In this document: positions 39,001 through 48,300 of the stretch, one piece after another
Numbering within the stretch: the stretch's first letter is position 1
Layout of the letters: each line of letters opens with the position of its first letter
Source: Macrostomum hystrix
Lineage: Eukaryota; Animalia; Platyhelminthes
Assembly: GCA_950097015.1 (NCBI GenBank)
Contig: CATNEN010000029.1
Location: forward strand, 3,658,001 to 3,722,000
Reading direction: 5' to 3'
Length of the DNA: 64,000 nucleotides
The notes under the pieces: model-generated
Database searches by the model: none
What the model saw: the letters and a program-made list of their open reading frames with translations, nothing else
What the model was told of the DNA's origin: nothing
Program-made: the position numbers and the translations under genes

Positions 39001-40388
39001 GTCAGAAATGATGGCGAACAGTAGCCTGCAAACGTTCATAGAATAGTAAATCGAGTTTCTTCAAAATCAGGTACTCATTTTACACGCCAAAAGCATAACG
39101 TCCTTTTAATATTTAATTAATTCTATGCATTTTACTATGATGAAGCTTGATTCCAAGTATCGACCCTAAAAATCTGGTCCTCAAGATATGTGTCGCGGTG
39201 CAGCCCACAAGAGGGACTCACTGCTCGGTGTGTTGGCCGGGAGCTGGCACAGGAAGAAAAGACCTGCAGAACAGCTTCGCAGGTACAGACGACCAAGATC
39301 CAGGCTGTACAGCGCGCAGTCCAGTCCATCTCCCTCGGTCAGGCCGAGGTAGAACAGATCGTCAGGCACCTGATTGCCTTCTGAGTCAAAGAACTTGCCG
39401 AGCGAGGCGTTGCGAGTGACACCAACCCACAGTTCATAGTTGAGCCACTCGAGATGGTCAAAGATTGCCAGGTCTTGCCTCGTCCTCGGCGCGTAAAGAG
39501 TCCCAGATTTTCCAGCGTAGCTGTTGCTGGCACAAAAGCTAGCAGCTGTTGGTTGCGTGTAGCTGGTCGTGAAGAGGCGGATGCAGCGGTCGAAGTACTG
39601 CGTCCACGGAGTTGGACAGACTGAATTGTTTGATAAAAATTGCTAACGCGTAATTTTTGTGAATTTTCAGTTCATCAATTGGTCTGATCAAGACTGGCGA
39701 CCTCATAGTCATAAAGTCTAGTTCTAATGTCCCTCTACCACATTTTTATGTGTTGCGCACTACGGCAAACAGTTCTACAATCTGGGCCTTTCGTGGTTTC
39801 CGTCTAGCCATCCCCAGTTCGCCCGGCGCGGCTGGGATGCTGCAAAGATCCACTGACTTCCTCACGCACCGATTACCTTTCTGTGAGTGCCTGTTTTACC
39901 GGGTCTTAGTTTTTAACTTCACGTCGCCTCATAATTTTATTTTGTTCTAGTTCTTAGACGCTGAAGTAATGTAAATGTCTTTATTATTGTGTAAAATTTA
40001 AAGCCGCTTGCTCCGAGACTGGCGTACTCGGAGTGTGGGGATGAAGCCTCCGTCGCCTCGGCGCCGCTGTGCAGGTGGGCATCGCACCGAGTCGGTGTAC
40101 TCAGCGGGCAAGCTTCTTCCTGTTGGCTGATTAAAACTTTTTATCCACATCTTTTTGTTTTATCTTCAGTATAAATGTAATTCTCCCTACAAATATTATC
40201 TGAAGAATATTTCTATGCTTTAGCTATCCTAATCGGTATACATTTGGTAATACAATTAGCATTAAAATGTTTTGCTCGAATTTAAAATACAATATCTAGG
40301 TGCACTCACAGTATCTTGTCTGCGTCACTGGAGGTACAGTCCAGAAGACTAGGCTGATTATCAATAATTGCAGAGCGGCGGAACGCAT
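1..40388 (-). CDS. Giant polycystin-1-family (PKD1/REJ-like) gene, copy A: 5' portion from the ATG to the GAIN region, multi-exon, continuing off the left edge
   Basis: About 80 GT-AG exons chain in compatible phases from a signal-peptide exon to PKD, REJ and GAIN exons. Bases 1-20 kb carry many +/-1 indels, so this is either consensus error or a decaying copy. Confidence 0.9.
2494..6653 (-). CDS. Copy A giant exon (CARDB-like x3, PKD domains, REJ start), broken by multiple 1-nt indels
   Basis: Matches the intact 1384-aa ORF at 50200-54354 but is split into at least 6 overlapping ORFs. Confidence 0.9.
6724..7578 (-). CDS. Copy A fibrinogen-C exon (6970-7578) and EB-module exon (6724-6867)
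   Basis: Same lengths (609 and 144 nt) and translations as in copy B. Confidence 0.9.
7854..11325 (-). CDS. Copy A F5/8C and C-type lectin exons
   Basis: Duplicates of 55559-59035; motifs include KFDVFGCP, ECPKNFYYYNGRC and FVVCEV. Confidence 0.8.
11930..13115 (-). CDS. Copy A LamG/ConA-like and adjacent exons (frameshifted)
   Basis: Duplicates of 61940-63127. Confidence 0.7.
13212..14319 (-). CDS. Fourth C-type lectin domain plus F-type lectin domain (copy A, frameshifted)
   Basis: Motifs DCPFGFFRHKDSCYW, GQWQWWDG, QFICEV, ATAANDG, WWRVDM and GRYVILRR. Confidence 0.85.
14993..16296 (-). CDS. Module 3 F5/8C domain plus degenerate F5/8C (5 exons: 16112-16296, 15814-16002, 15588-15732, 15293-15485, 14993-15125)
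   Basis: Motifs GME..RI, LGFVIQGS, VRSFKIFYGDD and KFEILGYP. Three of these exons need a 1-nt correction to keep phase. Confidence 0.75.
16302..16373. repeat. Inverted repeat arm 1 (fills most of the 86-nt intron 16297-16382)
   Basis: Reverse complement of 18919-18991, with a single 1-nt indel. Confidence 0.95.
16383..18783 (-). CDS. Module 3 second F-type lectin domain (exons 18547-18783, 16537-16670, 16383-16472) with a kringle exon (17445-17740) between its halves
   Basis: FTP motifs GNDGN..YWLIDF and LSFAEFE.YGFP. Kringle reads GYFGRQNVTSSGYTCQNW..NYCRNCDATNRFWCYTTNP..C....C after a 1-nt correction. Confidence 0.8.
18052..18462 (-). mobile_element. tRNA-derived SINE with (ATT)n tail and target-site duplication
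   Basis: GGCGAATAGCTCAG A-box, GGTTCGACTCC B-box, (TAA)n at 18051-18084, and tttttaagt at both 18043-18051 and 18464-18472. Confidence 0.85.
18919..18991. repeat. Inverted repeat arm 2
   Basis: agtgcgccagttgcgatattgagaaatctctctgattgggttgtttgattcctgtgattttattcgcactgtt. Confidence 0.95.
19052..20944 (-). CDS. Module 3 unnamed beta-sandwich domain and F5/8C (exons 20778-20944, 19672-20082, 19424-19577, 19052-19193)
   Basis: Exon sizes and sequence parallel modules 1 and 2. F5/8C ends MKLQLYGCP. There is a +1 G near 19545. Confidence 0.8.
21051..21719 (-). CDS. Module 3 first F-type lectin-like domain (exons 21495-21719, 21051-21287)
   Basis: Motifs FVLVDLK and FTCSRVMLGQYLVLTK..VDQIFVF; phase 1-1 exons. 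Confidence 0.75.
22642..23523 (-). CDS. Module 3 linker exons (23248-23523, 23017-23139) and degenerate kringle (22806-22940, 22642-22713)
   Basis: Motifs ACMQPLL and LNVTRDGIACAAW; the 123-nt exon matches module 2. Confidence 0.7.
23630..24231 (-). CDS. Module 3 C-type lectin domain (exons 23927-24231, 23630-23841)
   Basis: Motifs ECPDGFTPHFDVC, HIG, WEWFDG and YFVCEV; phase-2 internal intron. Confidence 0.9.
24331..26470 (-). CDS. Module 2 second F-type lectin (26237-26470, 26020-26156, 25826-25913) and F5/8C pair (25052-25413, 24602-24752, 24331-24530)
   Basis: Motifs PYIAIDL, SARYVGV..ICEIEVYG, TITGFIVQGS and IKFDFLGFP. Confidence 0.85.
26830..27300 (+). mobile_element. Decayed ORF with N-terminal SAP motif, probably a retrotransposon gag/ORF1 relic
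   Basis: LESCTARELRRVLDQQGLSKAGK(K)AILLERL after adding one A near 26925; GC-rich island antisense within a 1-kb intron. Confidence 0.55.
27485..29408 (-). CDS. Module 2 first F-type lectin (29187-29408, 28857-29102), unnamed beta-sandwich (28611-28780, 28171-28516) and F5/8C (27983-28062, 27714-27863, 27485-27629)
   Basis: Motifs NNWWLLLDL, CNTPQTARYLVL, QDYIQAWFD and IRWMLYGC; phases are consistent. Confidence 0.85.
29506..31041 (-). CDS. Module 2 linker exons (30775-31041, 30569-30691) and kringle-like domain (29506-29820)
   Basis: Motifs GCLEPLL and SVTEQGYACANW..C..CY..C. Confidence 0.75.
31440..31582 (+). mobile_element. Non-LTR retrotransposon ORF2 C-terminal relic
   Basis: FKRDFCLEEYLISVSNPDHRCILSNF resembles the post-RT motif FK..F..E.YL......R..L..FR. 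Confidence 0.5.
31631..32335 (-). CDS. Module 2 C-type lectin domain (exons 32164-32335, 31631-31839)
   Basis: Motifs DECPGGWRPLYNIC, QYCQS, FHVGAY, WFWLDG and PCAYL..C..LFPLCQI. Confidence 0.92.
32383..32458 (-). ncRNA. HDV-like ribozyme motif (P1 3' strand apparently 4 nt short)
   Basis: GGAGTCA-GCGAAATGG-GCAGAATA-GCC-TCCTCGCT-GGC-TGC-GG-GTCAACTT-CACCAAATGGTG-T-GCCAA-TGTCTGC. Confidence 0.55.
32565..32630 (-). mobile_element. Degenerate tRNA-like (Pol III) SINE head upstream of the ribozyme motif
   Basis: TGGCAGAGCGG A-box and a degenerate B-box GAGCTCGATTAC. Confidence 0.45.
32693..32735. repeat. AT-rich microsatellite (TA/TAA mix)
   Basis: taatatatatataatatatataatatatataatatatatataa. 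Confidence 0.9.
32759..35166 (-). CDS. Module 1 second F-type lectin (34921-35166, 34279-34439, 34110-34197) and F5/8C pair (33641-33996, 33405-33559, 33103-33317, 32759-32894)
   Basis: Motifs QLSSLY..RATDG..WAYVDM, TARYLTV..IAEIEVFG, TVTGTIVQG and WKVEILGYP. There is one +1 indel near 33491. Confidence 0.85.
35536..37339 (-). CDS. Module 1 first F-type lectin-like (37103-37339, 36783-37016), unnamed beta-sandwich (36498-36667, 36050-36422) and F5/8C (35909-35973, 35536-35839)
   Basis: Motifs YLLIDLK, CPPGTISRYVVL, DNQDWHQVAF and LKFMLYG. Confidence 0.85.
37449..39025 (-). CDS. Module 1 linker exons (38856-39025, 38464-38581, 37822-37950) and short kringle-like domain (37617-37733, 37449-37514)
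   Basis: Open frames joined in phase; C..YYGDLDVNQNGEAC..W..C..C..CEVPDC. Confidence 0.75.
39222..39620 (-). CDS. N-terminal C-type lectin domain (exon 2, 399 nt, phase 1-1)
   Basis: FCPTPWTQYFDRC..FC..LWVG..DCALY..C..FFLCQL; acceptor ttcag and donor gtgagt. Confidence 0.92.
40310..40388 (-). CDS. First coding exon: signal peptide MRSAALQLLIISLVFWTVPPVTQTRY
   Basis: ATG at 40388, hydrophobic core, and a gtgagt donor in phase 1 that joins exon 2 in frame. Confidence 0.85.
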
Positions 40389-42202
40389 CCTTGCCTCTCT
40401 GAAATTCCTTCAGTGCGCCTTGTTGATCAGCGTTGGTCTCAAACAAAAAGTTACAACTCGCTTGTCGAATGCTGCGGAAATATCTCTTTAGTCAGTGTTT
40501 GAGTTGCGCTCTCTGAGGATTTCTATAGGCTTAGCTTCGGAACATAAATATTATACGCATGCCCAACTACCCAAAGTTTCCAAAACAAACTCGCCAGGTC
40601 TGTTGCTAGGGAGCTACTTCTTTACCCCCCATCCCAGTCTAAAAAATGTAGATGCAGTCTTTCAATAGCACTCTGAATGACAAGCGCTTTAGCAGCATTC
40701 TTCTGAGATGGTATCTGGACCAGCCGCAAAGGGGCGAGACACTAAGCTAGCAAAATAATTTTAATTAGCGAGTGTAAAGATGCAACCACTCTTAAAAAAT
40801 TCTGAATTGAAGGTTCCCATCGCCTCGGAAAAAAGCAGCGTCCAAGGGAAAGCCATTAACGATGCAGGCAGTGGGGCTAGTAAATTATGCAGCATGCGCC
40901 CTCAGTGCTGACAGAGCCTCTGTAACGGGACCTCGGCAATAGAATTCTGGCGGCTGCATGGGTTGCTAGCTCAAATTGCCAGTACACAAAGCGAAGACGG
41001 TTGGCTTCTTGTTGTGAGAGGTTGCAGAAAACGGGAAAAGCCGAGTCGCAACGTAGAACAATGCATACAAATTTCCAGTCTCAGGAAGCAGCTCTGCCAC
41101 GCATAACAGAAGTGAATCCACAGCCCTTACCACCTTAAACTAGCTAGCAACCCGTGGTTCTGCACCACGACTTTTTCCTCGCTGCTAAACAAGGCGCCGC
41201 CTAAAGGCTACGAAGCACTTTTTTAACTTGGCATTAGCAATTTGGAGTTTGTGTACAGAGCCAGCACAATTTAATGGCGCAACCCTAGCTTCTTTGTTTA
41301 ATTTGCACGTTCGGACCCGCAGTCCTTTTACTCCATCAATATATTAAATAAGATTAGTCGTATAATTTAGTGAAAAAAATAATTTAAGGAGCGCAATTAA
41401 ATTCTAAACAAAAAACGTATTGAATGTTTTGAAAATTGAAAGTATAATTTAGACATTTTTCTGTTAAGGATAAAAACGAAGAAAAAAACAAGAAAAACTG
41501 TTTACATCTAAAAGATTTTATTATAATCTAATATGTTAATAAAAATGTCTCAGGTTGTCGTTGCTTTTCAGGATTAACCATAAAGAAGTACTGAATATTA
41601 TTTTCACATTAGCCAAACACTTATAATGAAGAAATTTTTACGGGATGGTGCAACAGCTGGGCAAGGGGAAATAAAATGAAAAAATTGAAAAATCAGAGCT
41701 TCAGTGAGAAATCTAACAAGATATACTAATTGTACTTAATTTTATTGCTAGAACTACAGGAAACAAGTTCTGAAATGGTGTTTACAGAAAATTAGCGTGG
41801 TAATTGTTGTGGGTTTCGTTACGATTGGAATCTCTGTATTCGTTACTTCAAGAATACAACAGTAATATTGCAGATAACGATTCATATCACCATAGTCAAC
41901 GATGTTTATATTTGCCAGATGGGCCATCTTACACTAATTGTATTGTAATTAATTTTTATGTACCGCCGTAATTGTCAATAGGCTTCTGGTGGAATTTTAG
42001 GTCCGCAAAAATCTTTTCGTGATTCTTGATCGTACTGCAATAGCTTGCATCAAATTAAAAAAACACTTTTCCTACCTTAGGAAAACGTAAGCTTAACAAA
42101 ATATGATATGCTTATTTTGTTCGAAGTGCACATAAATGTCCATACGATTAGTTAAAAAATAGTTTTAAAAAACTTATAGTTAAAGTTCTCAATCACTACG
42201 GC

Positions 42203-42357
42203 TCAAATCTGTGTCTGCGGCTCAGCCGATGGAGAGCTCAAATTTCGGCGAATCAGATGACTCATTGCGGTATCAAGAGAGTCCACCTGATCCGTGCTCA
42301 ACCGCTCTTTCGTGTCAACCAGCCTGACCTCGACCTCCTCAGCCTTCCGCATCCAGT
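42203..42357 (-). CDS. Terminal exon: cytoplasmic coiled-coil-like tail
   Basis: (D)WMRKAEEVEVRLVDTKERL..QI*; phase-1 acceptor ctttcag fits the upstream donor at 43677. Confidence 0.75.
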
Positions 42358-45300
42358 CTGAAAGAAATGGGTTTTCGCTGCTGAACAATCAGCGATCAGC
42401 GGTACAATCACAGAGCTACCTGCGCTATTCTGAAAGCACTCGAATCCACGCGTTCTCATGCATTCTAAGAGCGTAGGTAACTAATTATTAGTTTTTAAGG
42501 TTTAACAAAATGAGAATTTTACCAGCCACGCTGACATCTCGCACTAAAAAATTTAGCCCCATCAACCTTCACAGACAATAGAAATAATAATAATAATAAT
42601 AATTACCGATTACACCTGCACCAATTGGGTTAGACGCGCAGCCGAAAGCACAGACGCAGCTATTGCGCGGTGCATCCGAGGGCTGCGTACGGCTGTTTAG
42701 TCCATGGACTGGGAGGGATGCCACACCCACCCTCAATTACAATTGTCGTCTCACGTCTCAGGCTGGTGTTGGCACCCATTTTGCGAGTGGGTAAATCGAA
42801 GCAAAACAAGGAAATAAATAGTCTCCGATTAAAGCACTGCGCCCTGTAGCCAGTGCCAATTCTATACCAACACAGGTAATTCCAGTGAAAAATAGATCGC
42901 GATGTTTTACTCCTGTTTATTTGCAATTTAAACCTATTGTATAACTGCCTGTCCAGTGCAACTGCAGCTTGCGAGCGTAAATATGAGTATTTTAAATTGT
43001 ATATCCTGCCTAAACATGCTGCTTTTCAATTTCGCTCAGGTAGGACCCTGCCGTCTGCTCGACAACCAGCTCCTTGGTTGTCAGAGACTAAGGGTCGAAA
43101 AGTTTCCAGATGACCCATAGCTTCTTGTACTATTTAACTATTTATTATTCACTAAGGGAGCAGTAAATAAAAAATTTCCCCTTTACCGAAAAAAAATTTC
43201 CTACCTCGGAGCTATTTATTCATTGAGAGTAACAGCTCAGTAATATTAATTTATTACACCTGCCCCATTTGGGTCAGATGTGCAGCCAACAGTACAGCCG
43301 CAGCTATGGCGCGGCGTATCTGAAGGCTGCGTACAGCTGTTCAGTCCATGGACTGGAGGGACGCTACATCCTGCGATTGTCCCTGCTAATGTTGGTACCC
43401 ATTTAACAGCTGGTTGATCTGAAGCAATCCAGAGTTAAGTTTCTTGCTAAAGGACACAAATTGTTTCAGTAAAGTCGGGAATTGAATCCCGGACCTTCAC
43501 GCCGTGAGTCCGACGCCCTAAACACTTAGCTAGAACCTCCCTAGCTAAGACAATAATGCGAATTGATTACAGTACAAAAATACGCTCGTAATATGAAAAA
43601 AAACATTTAGTTCCCTTCAAGAAATGTACTGAAAATGTTAACTGAAAGGCAAGTGCAAAGGAGAAAATGAACTGACCGTCTTCCGCTTTTTCGGCATACT
43701 CTTCCTGTGGACGGCCCCGCACGATCTTAGTGACACTCTCAATGATGTAGTCAATGATCTTGAAGTCCTCCTCATCTGGAGCTGTCTCCATCTCGGCTCT
43801 AACCTCTTCATAGCTGTCGTTTAAGATCGCTACGAACATGTTCAGCACGATGTACATGATGAAGGTGATGTACGCAAGGAAAACCATTCTGGCCAACAAG
43901 CCGTTACGCACGATGTAGCTGACGTCGAATTTTCCCAACATTGCGGAGAACTGAGTGATCATTGACAAGTGTACAGAACGAAACGGTTTTTCCAGTGTTC
44001 CGAGAATCAGATACAGACACAGCGTGAATGCCATAAACACGACCATGAAGACCCAGAAAAACGAGCGCAGTTGGTTCAGTGATCGGGTCAGCGTGCCGAG
44101 CAGGTGGTTGAGATTTCGACTGAAGCGAACCATATTTAAAAATGAGACCTGTACCAGGAATGTGGCTGCACCGAGAAGGTAGAAGAAGGTCTCATTCAAG
44201 TACATGACGTATCGCAGGTTCGTGCTGAGTCCCGAAGCGTTCTGCATTGCCTCCAGTGACGTCACAGTCGCCATCGAGCGCAACACATAGAATCCAGCTG
44301 CTCCAACCAGACAAACAAATGCAGCAACGGTGTAGATATTCCACGGGCTCTTTAGGTAGTCCCAGCCTTCTCTCTTCAGGTCCAAGAAAATCTTCACTAA
44401 CATGCCAAGTGTGAGCAGACCAGTCAGGATCTCAGTGATCAGAGCAAACAGACCGAGAATGCCAACGTATCTGAAAAGTTGTGAAATTATATTCGATAAT
44501 TTGTATTCAGGAAAGCTACTTTTGAAACAGCCAGTTCATTTGCAAGACAGAAAAAACATATTTTGATTAAAACACACCTGTACAACTTGGTGGTGTAGAG
44601 TTGAGCCACAGACTGAGCACCTCCATATGCAAAGAACTCGGTCGCAAGCGTCACTGAAGTAAACAGGTTGACGTCTGGATAAAACAAGTCCAGCTCTACA
44701 AACACTGTTCGCGTGTAGTTGTCAATCCAATTGGTTGAGTTCAGCTGCTGCACCAAAGTCATTGCTTCGGCAAACTTGTTTGACATCACAGCTGTGTAGC
44801 CTCCTCCGGCATACATGTGCAGAGCACCCCAAAACGGCAAGCTGTTTGTTCGCTTCGCACTCAGACCAAGGAAAGCCAAGTCAAGAGCACTGACACTGTC
44901 TGTGAAGTTGCAATCACGCTGCACCTTCCAGCCAGGGTAGAAGCACTGTCGATTGTCTGCCTCAAAACTATAGTCGGCAGACTTGGCAACAGCCAGGACA
45001 TCCACCGGACGAATGCGCAACTGACGCAGAGTAGCGTGGCCCAGGCGAAAGCCAACCAAATCGGCTATAAACTTGCTTCGCGCAGAAGTCAGGTTCTGTC
45101 CGAGTGCCTCAACAGGGAACAGGCGAGGCAGCAGTGTGCTCTGCAAATACACGAAGTAGTCGGCTGCCGTTTTCACATTCTCCAATCCTGTGGCGGGCAC
45201 TTTCGGATTGCTTGGCTTGTAAAGGTGATTCTTGATGTTTGCGTGCAGATTGTAGGTGCATGGGTCCAGATTTCCATAGCAGATGCAGTACAACAAAGCC

Positions 45301-48300
45301 AGAAGAAGGAAGCTTCCGACAATCTCAATTGAAGTGCGCTTTGCCTTTGATCTCAGCTTGTTGTTTTGGTCGTTCTCTTCGATCTCGTGAATGTAGCGAA
45401 ATCCGTCTGAAGGGTTAATCGTTTAAAAATTTGATATTTCCGTTTTTACGCATATATGTTTAACAACGATGTCAAACAACGATGTTAAACATAAATCATA
45501 AATCATAATCATGACGCTATCAGTGCCGAATAATAAATCTTACCAATCATCTGTTCAGGGTGTCTGTATCTCACTCGAATGAAGTCCATGTCTTTTGCGT
45601 CATAATCCTTTCTCATCAGTACAGATATGATCAGACCGATGGCCAGAACCTACAGTACCAATTTGAAATGTTGGGTGATAATAAATGGCTACCAGTGAAT
45701 GTTCAGCCCTAAAGCAAGCCAGCAACAAAGTAAGAAATCGAGTGCCGCAAACCCACCTTCAACGGTTGAATGAGCAGCATCGACTGGAAGAGAGACAGGA
45801 AGAATGCCGCGAGCCACTCCTCCGACTTGGTCTTGCCCCAGTCCATTGCGTAGAACACGATGAAGACACCAGCACCAACAATGCTGCCAATAACCAGCAC
45901 CCAGCCAATGTACTGGAACCAGTGTGGTAGCTGGAACTTTTTAGCTCTCTTTCGCTTGTTCTCTGGCATTCGTAGCGGAGTGCTAACGCTGTCCTCACAA
46001 AGTCTATCCAACAATTCAATATCATTGTGAAAGGTCTGCTGCTCTGATTGATCGTCAGCTTCTCCAGAATCGTCAGCCATGTCATGAGCATCACAGCCAT
46101 TGATTACACGGTATCGCTGATGTCTTTTTGCCGCCTCCTCACAGTGCGATGTTGCTGTTTCCTCCTTCTCTGACAGATCGACTGATGAAATATTCGGATC
46201 AGCGTACTCTGAACGCTTCCGGATCACATCTAAAAGCTCACTCGACTTGACACGCTTCGCCGACTTCAGGAAGAATATTGTGATGGCTGCCGTGACAGGT
46301 ACGACACACAGAGCACCGAGGACAGATGTGAAGAGTGCGTTTAGTGAGAAGCTGATTGGACCGATGTGTATTTTCGCACTTGCATTCGGGCCACTCTCAG
46401 CCACTCCGTACCACATCGCGTTAGCTATCATTGTCATGAAGAGGATGCTGAAACAGACGCCCAACCGTTGCAGTCGGCTAAAGTTTGTGTCTGTCTTGCG
46501 AGACATTAGCGACATCCACAGATGATCGTCTGTCATCTTTCGCGACAGATTATTGCGTACCAGACCATGCGAGTATGCGATGTCTTCTCTCGTAGCCAGC
46601 TTCAACACGACAGGTGTCGTCTCGGAGTCTTCGTCCACAAAGCCATTGTGAATGAAGAAGTACCTGTAAGTGTTAAATGTCGAGAAATTACAGCATTTCG
46701 GATTTTCAAGAAAATAATACAAAAATGAATGTTTCTTTGTGTACGCCTGTATATGATTACTTAGCATTGTAGAGCCTGTCAGTGACGATGATGCGGTTCA
46801 AGAACCAATCGCATTTCTCTGCATAACCTGAGCCGTCGTGCCAGATCATCATATACTTGATGTCACCCAGGTGCCGATCGCAAGTCATGATGAAATGGTT
46901 GATGGCCCCATCAGTGAAGTTCTGAAAATCAATGAGAAAAAAATGTTATGTATCATCATTATGTATGATAAAAGAAAAAATGTGCACTCGAACCTGACGA
47001 ATTCCGTCGTCGAGGCGTCGACACGCTGCACGACTTTCTGTGCCCACCAGAGAAAAGTAGATGGCCGACTCAGTTCCGCTGTTTTTGCTAGCTCCTGTGT
47101 ACACGTCCAGAAGGTAGCGGTTCGGTCTGGAGCAGTCGTCTGTCAGCGGCAAATACTCAAACTAAAACAGTGATGTGAAAGAATCGACACGAAAACATGT
47201 AAGGTCCTATAAGAATACTCAATTTCTGGCAAAATTTTCAGACCCACTCACCATTTTCGAATCCTTCTTGTCAAGTCTGCGCAGGATGACGGCCAGAGGA
47301 ATGAAGAGGCACCAGAGAGCAATTACTGTGCTGAGAACAACCGCTGCCTCTGCCAGCTTTCCTTGCCAGTTGTCAAACAATTTGCCAAAATCAATCAAAT
47401 TCGGGGTCAGGTTGATACCCACTCCAAGACTGCCAAACAGGTTGCTGCGAAACACGGGTTTGGTTGGAGTTCCCTTCTCTAGAGGCAAGCAGTTTGCCTC
47501 TGGTAACGGCAGCCAGCGATTAAAAGCTTCTTCCCAACGCTGACATGAGTGACGCACCATGCTAAAGTTGTAGGCCAAGTACGGGTCTGAGCACATCACT
47601 GCTGCTGAGCTGTCTTTGTAGCAGCCACGCCGCCTCACACCGATATAGTGCACGCCGGATGTGTTGAGAAATCCCCGAGGTAGATAAAACATGGTCTGGT
47701 ACTGCCACAAGTCACTGCTACTCAGTGTGCTCGGATCGATGCCATGGGCCTCAGTCAAGTTGTTCGGTGGAATCGGAATCAGCATCGACATGCTAGAATT
47801 GTCAGGTGTCGGCAGGTAGTCAGACTGAACCATGACATCAAACAGATGACTCGGGTTAAGTGGAACCACAGTCACTTGAAGCAGCTCTGTCTCACTCACT
47901 ACTCGGAAGCTGTGGTAAAACATGAGCCATTTGTCTTCCGGTGTGCGATTAACCTGCAAGACCTCCGGCGGAGCAGTTGCTAAGCTCAGCTCGAACGGTT
48001 CGACTGTGTCCGCAAGCGTTGCCGCTCGACGTTTTCGTGAGTGACTGCTTGACGCAGCTGAGCAGTTTTCACGCTTGAGAATCATGACGCTGGATTTGAC
48101 ATTCTTTGCTGAAGACTGCCACACATACGGGTTGTTTGTGGCAAACACAGCTTTCACGTTGCAACCATCGTTGCCAGTTGCTGGTAATGAAATTTCACCA
48201 AAGCTCGACTTTAACGTCACATTCATGTCTCCACTGTCGCCCATTCGCCGTCCGACTGCGGCCATGGCGGTGTCACTGAATGAATACTCGCCGTTGGCCG

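Noticed and set aside
39135-39329. ORF MDWTARCTAWILVVCTCEAVLQ.. that looks like a signal peptide
   Set aside because: It is an alternate frame of the CTL exon. The real signal exon at 40310-40388 splices in phase.
40960-41153. 12-bp perfect inverted repeat gggttgctagct/agctagcaaccc
   Set aside because: Short enough to arise by chance, with no TSD or other transposon sign.
18395-43541. tRNA genes at 18395-18462, 32565-32630 and 43470-43541
   Set aside because: They have A and B boxes but no full cloverleaf, and continue into SINE bodies.
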